A DNA stretch of 64,000 bases from Podarcis muralis (Eukaryota): NCBI RefSeq assembly GCF_964188315.1, contig NC_135666.1, positions 20,150,001 through 20,214,000 of the forward strand, in the 5' to 3' direction. Made by a program: the position numbers and the translations under genes. The first letter of the stretch is position 1. Every line of letters begins with the position of its first letter. The notes under the pieces were generated by a model, which was given only the letters and a program-made list of their open reading frames with translations, was not told where the DNA came from and did no database searches. Shown here piece by piece: positions 33,861 to 45,073 of this stretch.

Positions 33861-34903
33861 GGGGCAAATTAAAGATCCAGTTAAGAGGTCAAAAGAGAAA
33901 AGTAATATGATCATAATGAATTCCAGAGGGATTCAGCTGTCTTAAGCTGTTGGTAGCAAATAAATAAATAAAAGCCCCACAACACTGTTTTTTATATTGT
34001 GGCATAAGCTTTTGTGGACTGAAGAATGGGGCCATGAAATGCACAGGAAATCAGCAAGTCTGTCAGAGCCCAATGTGTGACATAAGTTTTTCTTGCAAGG
34101 CTAATTTAGCACCTAAGGCGAGACAAATAGTTTCAAAGTGCTTTGTAGTGTTCTAGTCTTGACTGGAAACAAATTTGTTGATTAAATTTTAGTCCAGTGT
34201 GAAATTGCAGCACCACTGTTTGCAATACATATCCTATGCCCCCCCCCTGTGTATATATAATATACCTGCCAACAGAGATGTCCATGAAAGCTTATTCCAA
34301 AATAAATATGATCCAGCATAGTCCTGTGGGTGTTTGCTCAAAAGTAAGTCCCACTGAGTTAAGAGTCCATAGGATTGTTACCTTCATGTGTAAGGTAGAG
34401 CGTTAGTTTGATCAGAACCATTGGTGAGCTGGACCAAAGTGGCAGAATTCTGGGATGAGAACAAAGGCTTAAGGCAAGCCATCAGCATGCCTCAAACATG
34501 GCAATAAGATAAAAAATGATTAAAGACTGAGCCAATATCTTTGGACTAGAAGCAAAAAGAAAAAGGTAAATAGTAGGCTTTCTGAAAGCTACGACAACCT
34601 TGTCCTGGAAAAGGTAAGAAGAAAGGAGGACGCTGAGTTTGAGAAATACATTATCTATGTTTCCCAGACACCAGGTTGTCCAGTTCCTGCATCTGCAAGT
34701 TGCTGCAAATTTGTTAAAGTGATAACGCTGAATGCGGACACACCTCCTGCCTCAACTGACACAGTTACACAGAGCTGTATGTTATCTGCTGTCCATTAAG
34801 TACCTTAGATTGCCCCACCCACTGTTGCCGTTGGTGTATTTTGAGCAATAAGGAAAGTCTACAACACCACTTTGTTTTTGGTTTTAGCAATGCAGTTTAC
34901 AAA

Positions 34904-35040
34904 GCAGGAGTGGGAAGCTATGGCCCTCCAGATCTTGTTGGACTCCGATTCCTATCATGCCCAAGCCATTGGCCCCACTGCCTGGTGCTGATGGCAATTG
35001 CAGTTCAACACCTGGAGAGCCATAGGTTTCTCCCCACCAC
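34904..35040. mobile_element. hairpin MITE (same family as 52461-52585), degenerate
   Basis: GGCCCTCCAGATCTTGTTGGACTCC ... CAGTTCAACACCTGGAGAGCC. Confidence 0.6.
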
Positions 35041-35134
35041 TGTCAACCTGCTATAAAGTGTCCCACTGTTTTCAGTTCTTGGCTGCATGGACCAATGGCC
35101 CTGGCAGTATTAGCATTATATACAGTCAGTCCAT

Positions 35135-35305
35135 GGGTCCATCTTCTGATCTTCTGGGTTGCCTCTTCTGACCAGCAGCAGCTCTTCAAACATAGACAGG
35201 GATCCTTCCAGCCTCTACTACCTTAGAAGGAGATGTGAGGAACTAAACCTGGAACTTGGTGTACGTAAAGCATGTCCTCTAGTGCTGAGCTGCAGGTCCT
35301 TCCCC
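35135..35305 (-). mobile_element. squamate tRNA-SINE (Squam2-like), degenerate
   Basis: GGAGATGTGAGGAACTAAACCTGGAAC...CTCTAGTGCTGAGCTGCAGGTCCTTCCC is the reverse complement of a tRNA-like head. Confidence 0.5.
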
Positions 35306-36077
35306 AATAAAACAATCCCGGCCTCTCTGCTCTTCACGTCCTGACTTTGCAAGGCTGGTTTCGTGTTTACAGAGCTATATGGACAAGACAAGGGAAAGAA
35401 CATGATGCTTATACACATCTCTCTTCGCAGGCTGCCTTTTATCTGCATTTGCCTACCTTAAATATCAACATTGTGACTTTGGAATTTTGTTATGAAGTTA
35501 AAAGCTTAAACGAAAAACTTGCTTCCCAGAGCAGCCAGAAATATTTGAACACTTAAAGGCTTTCTGTCTGTGATTCAGAGATTTATTTATAAGACTGCTG
35601 ATTTTGGGACATCAAACGTATACATTCAAACTGCAGGAATGAGTCACATTTGTAGGAGGTAATTACTACCAGAAAGTACATTCTAACTTTTGTCGGTTCC
35701 TCTTTAAAATGTCCACTTAAGAGTGCCATGTTCTAAAAATAGCCTTCTTTGTTATGTGCTCAGTAAAATCCAGCCTTACTGTATGGTGTGGTAATCTATG
35801 GAGGTTTAGCCTTGTGGATAAGGGCATGTGTAGGCTTTACGGGAGGGCAAGTCCTGGACCATTTCTGGAGCGGTGGCCTGGTTAAAAATCACAAAAGCTA
35901 GTGCACTGATGCTGGTCTTTGTGGGCGCAGCTAACATTTGCAAACATGATACTTCTGCAGCACAAACCCTGGAAATGTTTTGCAATGCTCTTTGGCAGTT
36001 AGGGAATCCAAAAATTGTACGTGAGAGGGATTTCACAGTTGGAGGACATTCCAGGCATGCATGGGAACTTATCCTAT

Positions 36078-36345
36078 AGCAAGGGAGGGGAACCTGTGGC
36101 CCTCCAAATTTATTATTGGACTCCATCTCCCAGGCAGCATGGCCATCTGCCAGGAACGATGGGAGGTGTGGGCCAGCAACATCTGGTGGGACACAAGTTT
36201 CCCATCCCTTATGGTGCGTGGCTTTGGGATCACCCTCTATTGAAGGGCTGTGGCCTTCCAGATGCTGTTGGACTCCCATCAGATGTAGCCAGCATTGCCA
36301 GTGGTCAGGGATGATGGGGGTTGTGGTCCAGCAACATCTGCTGCA
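36078..36345. mobile_element. two adjacent hairpin MITE copies
   Basis: GTGGCCCTCCA...CCAGCAACATCTGG occurs twice in tandem. Confidence 0.6.
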
Positions 36346-39009
36346 GTTCTTGACACAGTTCTTGGAGGATGCATTGGTTGCAGTCCCTGGCTTGGAGCTA
36401 TTTTTGGCTCTTTTGTCCAGTCCTTTTCCTGCTCCAGAACTTCAGCTGTCTCAAATCCCCACCCTCTCAAGATTTATTCTTCAGCTCCCATGCGTTCAGC
36501 TGCCCTTGCAAATGCTGTTCCAAATGCCCAGTAGGACATTGCACTCCTATTGCCCTACTTTGCCCTTATCCTTTCTTAGTTCACTGGTAGCAAACCTGCC
36601 CTTCCAGCCTGGTTCTGCAGCATGAAGCCTCTTTGTTCAGTTTGTTGAAGCCCTGGCCAAGGCCCCGCCCTCTGTCTGAAGTCTGTCCTGCCCAGACTGG
36701 AAAGGGGGCGATCTGTCAGCAATGCAGGATCACAATCTTCCGCTGCTTTGGAGTCTTCTGAGTTACTGATGACTTCATTGGATCTTTGAAGTCTTCTTCT
36801 GGCAGATCAGGACTACCCTTCTCTCCTAGCAACAGGAAAGGTGAGAATCGAGGAAGGTGGCTCTGTGCCATGTCCAAAAGCACAGGTCCCTGAAACCTGT
36901 CATTTCCAGGGGAGAAATGATTGCAGAGAGCTGGTAGGAGAGGCGAACTGGACAGCTAGTTGTGCCAAAAGAAGACACTGGCTGGAAAGGTCCAATGAGT
37001 GTGTGCATGTGTTGTGCTCCTGCAGTTATCTGTGTGCATGCCACCTCTGGGTGTCACCTCTCTCTGCAATTTCCCAATTAGCTGAGCAGCAGGAAAGAGA
37101 ACTACCCTCCAAAAAGACAACACGTAATGTGTAATAATGCTGATGCAAACTCCTCTTCCTTTAGAGGAGTTTGTATCAGCATTAGTACACATGTGTTGTG
37201 TTTTGGGCATGTGTGGTCTGCATGTGTGCAAGGGGGAATGTGGGGTGGCGATGCCCATTTTTGCTTAGGCCACACTTGCATGCACACCTCTGAGGGTTGG
37301 CTAAAAGGGAATGCAACCCTCTGGCCCAAAAAAGAGGTTAGTCCCCAGCCATCTGCTTTAGTTGTGCTATTGTTGCAAGAATTTCATTTACAGCACAAAC
37401 CTAGGCATCTCTACTCAGAAGAGTAGGCCTTACTCACTGATAAGTGGATATTGGATTGCAGCCTTGGTTTAGCACATATCATTGCTGCCTTACTAGCCAG
37501 GAGAATTCTTCCATTTGCTTCTGCGGTTGTTTGTTACAGTTATTTTGCATTTGCAAGAATGATAGCATGGTACAGTTCTGCATAAATGAATACAGGTTAT
37601 GAATCAGCGTGGAATTGAGCCCAGTGCTGTCCTCTGCCTGTCACAACCTTATAAATTAATCTCCCCATGCAGGGGATTATGCCTATTCCAAAAAGCTGCC
37701 ATCGCCCTTCCCACAGTAATCTCTTTCAGTATGTTCTGAGGGTGGTTGTTCCTATCGTTTGGTCCACCCAACAAACAAACAAACAAACAAACTCACACGC
37801 TTCATAGCAGGGATTTAATTACTCTCATTAGGGGCATGTAGTGTGCTGTCATACCACAACGCTATGGTTCAAAAACCCAAAACAAATAGATGCAACTGTG
37901 ATCAGCAAGACAGACCAGACACATTTTGAGTGGTTACTGCACTGCGGTTACAAATGGAATGCAGAGACTCTCCATTCAGTTCTGTGGGCTATGGAGCTAT
38001 TCCAATAAGAAGTCTGATCAGGCATCAGAAGATGTGTGTCTGCCACATATTTTGAGCCAGTCATTTTTAGGTCACCATCCCTCCTTCAAAGAAGGTTTGA
38101 TAGAACAATGGCCCATGTAGACAGTTTTCACGGAGGTCCATCAAGCTAGCTAGTAACCATACCATGTGGTATAACTGAGTCCAGGGCCTCCTCGACTGCC
38201 TTCCATGCTGCTAATCAGGATTATCATTGCTTGCAATTTTGCTGGCAGTAAAGCTGCAGCCCCCCCAGTAAGAAAGACCAGGAATGGGCAGATCTAATAA
38301 AAACAGAGCAAGTCAAACAACAAGCTGGACCTTGAAACTGGTTCCTTTCTAGGTTTGCTATGTAACAAGCTGCAGGTTCTCATTTCTGCTTTCCCCAATA
38401 GAGATCAAAGCCAATATTCCTTCTAGTTCTGTTGCTCCAGTTCCTTCATTTCTCGACTCCCACATTATATCCAGTCAAGTGATCATGCAATATGCATAGC
38501 TATATAATTAATGCCAAGAGTTCATCACTGCTTTCACCCAGTTGTTTATAACAATGGGAATGCTGTTTGTTTAGCGATCTAACCTCTTGTCCGTGGAGTG
38601 AGAAAACCGTTTTCCATTTCCATTTATTATATTTTTATGCCGCTTTTGACTCACACGAATCACAAAGCGGCTCACAAATAATAAATAAGAAAACAGAACG
38701 GAACGTCACAAATATAACACAAATCATATAGAATAGTTAACAAATCACTAAAGCCACCACGTTCTAGAAAACACTATGACTAAAACAACTTAAAAAAAAT
38801 AAGCTAAACAGCACAAACACAAGCAGCATCATATAACCATTTTCCTCTGTCTGAAATGTCATACTATATCACCTCCACCGTGGTTCATATATGGTTCCTT
38901 TCAACTAAAACTTTTGCTCCTCACATGGTATGTCCCCTTGGCTCTTACAGTTTGGACTCCTGATAATGCCTCTTTCCATGTCGTCTTATTGGAATGTGTT
39001 TAGGTGAGA

Positions 39010-39137
39010 GGTGGGGTTACTGTGGCCCTATTGTTGGACACACCAACTCCCCTCAGCCCCAGCCAGCATGACCAACTGTGAAGCATGATGGGAGTTGTAG
39101 TCCAGCAACATCTGGAGGACCACAGGCTCCCACCACT
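39010..39137. mobile_element. hairpin MITE copy
   Basis: CCAACTCCCCTCAGCCCCAGCCAGCATG...GATGGGAGTTGTAGTCCAGCAACATCTGGAGG. Confidence 0.65.
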
Positions 39138-39989
39138 CATTTAGATCCTGTGCAATTTTGTTACAGGATCCAAACCTGTCCTAATTCTCACCATACTCTT
39201 CTAACCACCACCCACAGCACAGTTTTGTTGTTGTTTCGCCTTACAAACATCACAACTACGACTGGTTTATGAGCGTTCGACTTTTGTTCTGGTTCTTAAA
39301 CCCTGATTCTTCAAAGCCATTTTTGCACAGTAGGCATGAGGAACCTTTGGACTTGAGGTGCAAGACATCCTTCTCTCTTCCATTCTCTCCATCATCCGTT
39401 CTTTCCCTCTCTGACACACACGTACGTACTTTTTCTCCCCTTCACCCATCATTCATTCATCCTCTGGTTAGTGTGTGTCAGCATCAGTCATGCACATTTC
39501 AGGAAGAATAAAACCTTCATCACACCAGGCCAGCAATGAAATGAAAGATTTAGAGAGTCAGAGGCTCAGACCACTTCCAGGTTTGGGGACACACAGCTAT
39601 AATAAGAGTAAGAGTAAGAATCTTCAAAATATTGAGGAGCATACTGACGGGAAGCACAAGGGTGGGGAAATCTTACTGTTGCACAACCATGCGTTTTAAT
39701 TATTGTATTGTTTATACATGTTATGCCTTAGAATTAGCTGTGCTTGTTAAATAAAATAGCTTTGCGTGTTCTCCCATATGGTTTGGATTTGGTTAGGAGG
39801 GTTCAAACCTATTTACAAGCTTAGCACTCTTGGAAGTAAGAAGTGAGGTCCTCTTGTGAGAGAAGGTTTATTGGTTTGCTCTGCTTTTGTTTTTATTCAT
39901 TATGTCTTTTGTGTCTTCATGTTGTGATTTTATTTTGTGAACCGCCCTGTGATCTTCAGATGAAGGGCAATATACAAATAAAATAAAAT

Positions 39990-40370
39990 AAAATGAGTCA
40001 AAACTCTGATGTGTTGACTCATTTTATATTTTAGAATAGCTAATGCTCTTCTAGGCTTCATCAACAGAAGTATAGTGTCGTGATCAAGGGAAGTAATAGT
40101 ACTGCTCTATTCTGCCTTGGTCAGACCACACCTGGAGTGCTGTGTCCAGTTCTGGGTGCCACAATTTAATAAGGGTATTGAGAAACTGGAATGTGTGCAA
40201 AGGAAGGTGACCAAGTTGATCAGGGGTCTGGAAACCAAGCCTTATGAGGAACAGTTGACAGAAGTGGGGAATGTTTAGCCTGGAAAAGAGGCGAGTGAGA
40301 AGAGATATGATAGCCATCCTTAAATATCTAAAAGGCTGTCACATGAAAGGTGGAGCAAGCTTGTTTTGTC
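39990..40370 (+). mobile_element. CR1 LINE ORF2 C-terminal fragment
   Basis: Translation [40 protein letters not shown]...[17 protein letters not shown] is typical CR1. Confidence 0.85.
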
Positions 40371-40419
40371 GTAGCCCTGAATAACTTGTCCTCAGCATAC
40401 CTTAAGGACTGCCTTACCT

Positions 40420-40850
40420 TGTCCTTCCCAAGTCAATAACTCAGATAATCTGGCAGGCACTGGGGGGGGGGGGCTAAACACTGGAGGCTCAACTTCTCAT
40501 TGACGTGACTCATGCTTCAGGTCCATGGAGGGCCACTAATCATGCTCCTCCATGGAGCAGAAGCATGAGTCACGTCAATGAGATGTCAAGCCTTCAGTGT
40601 TGTGGGCCCAACTCCCTCCTACTAAATATCAGACAGGAACCATCACTGAGTTTCAGGTGCCTGGCTAAAGCAGTATTATTTCAGGAGGTCTTTGCATCGT
40701 GAATGCTTCTCCCGTTTTCTTTCCTTTTATTAAAAAAAACTAATGTTCTTCCATGTCTTTAAATTTCTGCAGTTGACTTTATGTTTTAAATTTTGCATAC
40801 TGTGTATTTTTATTTGTAAGCCACTTTGAGACTTTGGTGGTGAAAAGTTT
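40420..40850 (+). mobile_element. L2 3' fragment carrying a long hairpin
   Basis: AAGCCTTCAGTGTTGTGGGCCC...AACTCCCTCC...TGTAAGCCACTTTGAG L2-type end. Confidence 0.55.
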
Positions 40851-40943
40851 TTTTAAAAAAACAAACAAATAAAATTAGATGTGAAATGGGACATATTCAA
40901 GAGAGCCACTGTATGCTCTAGCCACACACTTCAGTAAGATTGG

Positions 40944-40944
40944 A

Positions 40945-40991
<47 letters not shown>

Positions 40992-40994
40992 ATA
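40944..40994. repeat. (ATAA)n microsatellite
   Basis: Direct reading. Confidence 0.98.
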
Positions 40995-41861
40995 TTGAGA
41001 GTTTCTCCTACCTAATAAATCCTGTTGAGGCTACAGCTTGGATAGTTAAAACATCTTTAACAAAACCTAAATCACATTATTTGTAGCTCTAGCACTTACA
41101 TGATGTGTTTGTTGTCAGAAGTGGTCCTCTTCCTCCTCCCAAGCTTGTTCCTTTTCGAGTGAATCACCTTCGCGGTAGGGGTTCTCCCAGGAATTGGGAT
41201 TGAAAGGGGATTACCAGGAGAAAGCTCATCATGGTTTGCCTGTAAAAAGAAACCCTTTATTGAAACAACTTGCAGCCCAACCTTACAGTTTCCTTGCCAG
41301 GCTTTAACTCATTGAAGCTCTTAAAAAAATGCCCAGATATTTAAACATCAGTAATTAGTTTTAATGGAAAATATTTGTTGGTTTTTGTTTTTTTAAAAAA
41401 AACCCCAAATCTTGGAGGGAAAACAAACCAAGAACCCAAAGGAATAAATGAAAACTAATGTGGGAAATTCCAGTTGGATCAAAGTAATTGAGTAAACCAC
41501 AGTTCTGGATGGCTAGACATGAATGTAGGATGCATGAAAGGGATTCTCTCACATCCAGTGTATTATGTGGGGATGTTGGCTGTGGAAGGAGACAATGATA
41601 AAGAAGCTTATAAATGCGGACAATTTGTTCAGAACCACTGCTCTGTTTAATCATGCCTTGGTGCCAGAACTGGACTGTGCAGCAGGTCTTGCACCACCAC
41701 CTATCTATGGCCAATGGAGACCAGCCTTACCAGCCAAGGATGGCTTCTGCGCCAATAGGCCAAGCCATGGCGGCTAAAAGACCCTGCCTGCTAGAAGAAA
41801 CTCTGGATTGGGCTTTCTGATTGGCCTGAGCAGCAAGGGGAGGTCCAGAACTCAGTGATAG

Positions 41862-42060
41862 ACAGGGGTGGGGCAGAAATTTGATTCAGTTCACATTTAA
41901 AGGTGAACATCTCTAATTCATAATTTCTGAAACAATATGCGAGCTGAAAATCAGCCACCCTTCGAAATTTGCAGTTCTCCAGCCAAGTAGCATGTACAGA
42001 AATGCATGTGCTAGGATAAATTGTGCATAAGAATGCACGTGTTAGTGAGAAAATATACAA
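41862..42060. mobile_element. 5' part of TAGGGATGGG-type non-autonomous DNA element
   Basis: GGGGTGGGGCAGAAATTTGATTCAGTTCACATTTAAAGG...CTTCGAAATTTGCAGTTCTCCAGCC. Confidence 0.55.
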
Positions 42061-43069
42061 GAAGGCGTTATAGACTTCTCTCTGCCACAGGCTCCCCGCT
42101 CACAAAGCCCTGTTACCTCTTCGGCTTCTAACACCACATCCTCCCTGCCTTCTCTGACCACTCATTGTCATCTCACCACCAATCCCTGGCTCTGAGCCTT
42201 CTTCCCCTGGGAGTTCTCCAGCTGGTTCCTCCAACCCTTCCGACTGCATCCATCCGGTCTCTGACATTTTCTAGAGGTGCTCTAAAATTATATGTAAGGA
42301 CAATGACATTATTAATACATGTCAATACATTGGAGGTTGAGAGATAAAGAGGGCAAGGGGCATTTGGGAATGCGAGATCTCCAGATCTACCACTTTGCAA
42401 GAGCAGTTGTACAAATCTGCTTCCCGGTGGCCACTTTTAAAGAAGTAGCCACATCCAATCTTCGTTTGAAATGCTGTGTGAAGTCAGCACTGTGTCTGAC
42501 TGGTTTGGTTTTCTGCAAGACATGGTGGAAACCATGAGAGGAATACCAACTGCCAGGCCATGATCAAATTGCAGCACCAGGATAAAAAAGAAATTCCGCA
42601 CAGCATCATACAAGTGATAAAACACATTTCATAGGAGGCAATGGGTAAAACATATTACTTGAAAAACTCTGGTAGCCTTTGACAATCTGCAGTTTGAATC
42701 TGATATCCGAATCGATGCCTGCTCTGTTATGGAGTTATTTGTTTGCCGTTATGGAGACAAGATGTTTTTCTCCGTAGAGACATCCCTAAACCAGCTGGCA
42801 GAAGTCAAGGAATGAGAATATAGGTCTCAGCTGACAAAGTGCAAAAAGAATGTTCACAAGCATTCTTGGAAATCTTGCTCTTAAATAAATAAATGCAGTA
42901 AAATACCACGAGGAAGACAGTGGGATAGGATTAATATTTCATGACCTAGTAAATTTCAGTAGTGAATATTGCACTCGTGCCAAGTTTCTTAGATGCTTTT
43001 AGAACCTGAGCGTTTTCTATCTGCTCACCCAGCAGCAAAAATGAGGGTGCTCAGACACGATGCCTTGGG

Positions 43070-43460
43070 ATGGATCAGTCTGTCAATTTTGGTTTCTCTC
43101 AGTTTCTCATTTTTCCAGGCGTAAATTCTTTTCACCCCATTCCGGCATCAGTTTGTGAAATTTTCTTGTTAAATCTTCATATTAAAAACTGAATACATTT
43201 TCATATGCATTTCTCATACTGTCCACACGTTGAATGTGATTTTGCCCAGTGCATGCACTTGCCCAAGAAAATTCCCAAAATATAATGTTATTTTGCGCAT
43301 TATTTTCACTAATATATGCACTTTTGTGCTCTCTTTTTGGGTTGGAGAACTGTGTCAGAGGCGGGCTTATTCTGAAGGATAGCAGTGTTTCAGTTCGCTT
43401 ATTGATTTGGGCAGGGAGAATTAAGCGGGTTTGCATGAAAATATTCCCCCGTCTGTAACA
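43070..43460. mobile_element. TAGGGATGGG-type element fragment, opposite orientation to 9050-9331
   Basis: TTTGGTTTCTCTCAGTTTCTCATTTTTCCA is the reverse complement of the 3' end of the 9050-9331 copy. Confidence 0.55.
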
Positions 43461-44756
43461 GTGCCCCTAGCTTTGAGGAGCTTTGGGCTTATTGAATGTG
43501 GCATAAAAAGAATGTCCAAGTGTCTCACCTCTCCCTATAACTGAATATGGAACTAACAATTCCAAGTTTGGGGCAGGGGTGACAAACCTTTTTGAATCTA
43601 AGGGCTGCATCCCCTTTTGAGTGACCTACCAGAAGTTACATACAAGTGGTAGTGTAATTTAATGAATGTAATTTTTTACCTTTGCACAGTGGGCTAGACA
43701 CACACTCCCACACCCCTCTCTATCCTCCATTCTGGCCAGCAGGAGCCATTATTAGACTCCAAAGACACATTCCAGGCAGGCAAAAACACTCAAGGAAGGG
43801 TGTGAAGCAAGTGAGGTCAGCATGCTGCCACATTCCTGCTCCACGCATGGCCACTAGGGATGCTTAGGGAATATGATCTTTGTGAATTCGATACAAATCA
43901 ACCATCAATATCTCCTGAGCTAATGCCCTGATCAGAATGTCTATTTCCTTCGGATTTCACACATCTGCACCTTTTGCAATGTGGTTTTCATCTCCAAAAA
44001 ATGCATCACCAGGCACTTAGGATTGCATATTTTCAGATAAAGTACACTTAGAAATGTGTACAGTACTTTCATAAATTCAAATATACATTTTGAAAAAATG
44101 AACAAGCAGTTAAATGCAGAGACAGGATGGAATGGATTTATGAATGAATCAAAGGCTACATGGATTGATTGATTGATTGATTGATCCATCCATCCTTAAT
44201 AACCACCTATCCACATTGTAAATGTTGCTGGGCATTTTTAAAGGGGTGATGAAAGTTCTCAGGAGCATCTTTGTCTTTGAGAATGCTAGGAGGATATAAA
44301 GATGCACGAGAAGTCTGGTGAATTAGACACAGTCTCCTTGCACCGACTGCACCTTCTGATCTGATGGGAGCAATGCAGGCAATTGTAGCTGGATCACTCT
44401 CAGCATTTCACAGGTGACGCCAGACAGCAAAACTGGTGCTGCTGGCTCCCAGGTTGGCTGGTGCCTTCTCACAGCCTAGATAACATATCACTTTGGGCCT
44501 GACCTAGGCTGGTCACTTAAGCCTCATGAAAAAAAGAGGAAACACATCACCAAAAAGGACGGCGAAAGAAGACACGGATTCACATTACATTTGCATAAGC
44601 ATGTACACATGCAAATTTAAAAATAATTACTGTAATTTAAACAGAAACACATCTCAGCAAGGTGAGGAAGGTGGTGGCCAAGTGCCCTGTGTGTCTGCTC
44701 AACCTGCTGTCCAGGTGCTGACTGAACCCCTATTCTTCCTTCCTAGAGTTTGCTTG

Positions 44757-45073
44757 NNNNNNNNNNNNNNNNNNNNNNNNNNNNNNNNNNNNNNNNNNNN
44801 NNNNNNNNNNNNNNNNNNNNNNNNNNNNNNNNNNNNNNNNNNNNNNNNNNNNNNNNNNNNNNNNNNNNNNNNNNNNNNNNNNNNNNNNNNNNNNNNNNNN
44901 NNNNNNNNNNNNNNNNNNNNNNNNNNNNNNNNNNNNNNNNNNNNNNNNNNNNNNNNNNNNNNNNNNNNNNNNNNNNNNNNNNNNNNNNNNNNNNNNNNNN
45001 NNNNNNNNNNNNNNNNNNNNNNNNNNNNNNNNNNNNNNNNNNNNNNNNNNNNNNNNNNNNNNNNNNNNNNNNN
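44757..45073. other. assembly gap (317 N)
   Basis: Run of N. Confidence 1.

Noticed and set aside
36816-36846. Plus-strand 11-nt micro-exon pattern (CCCTTCTCTCCTAG|CAACAGGAAAG|GTGAGA)
   Set aside because: Good splice signals, but no host gene, not a multiple of 3, and such patterns arise by chance in 64 kb.
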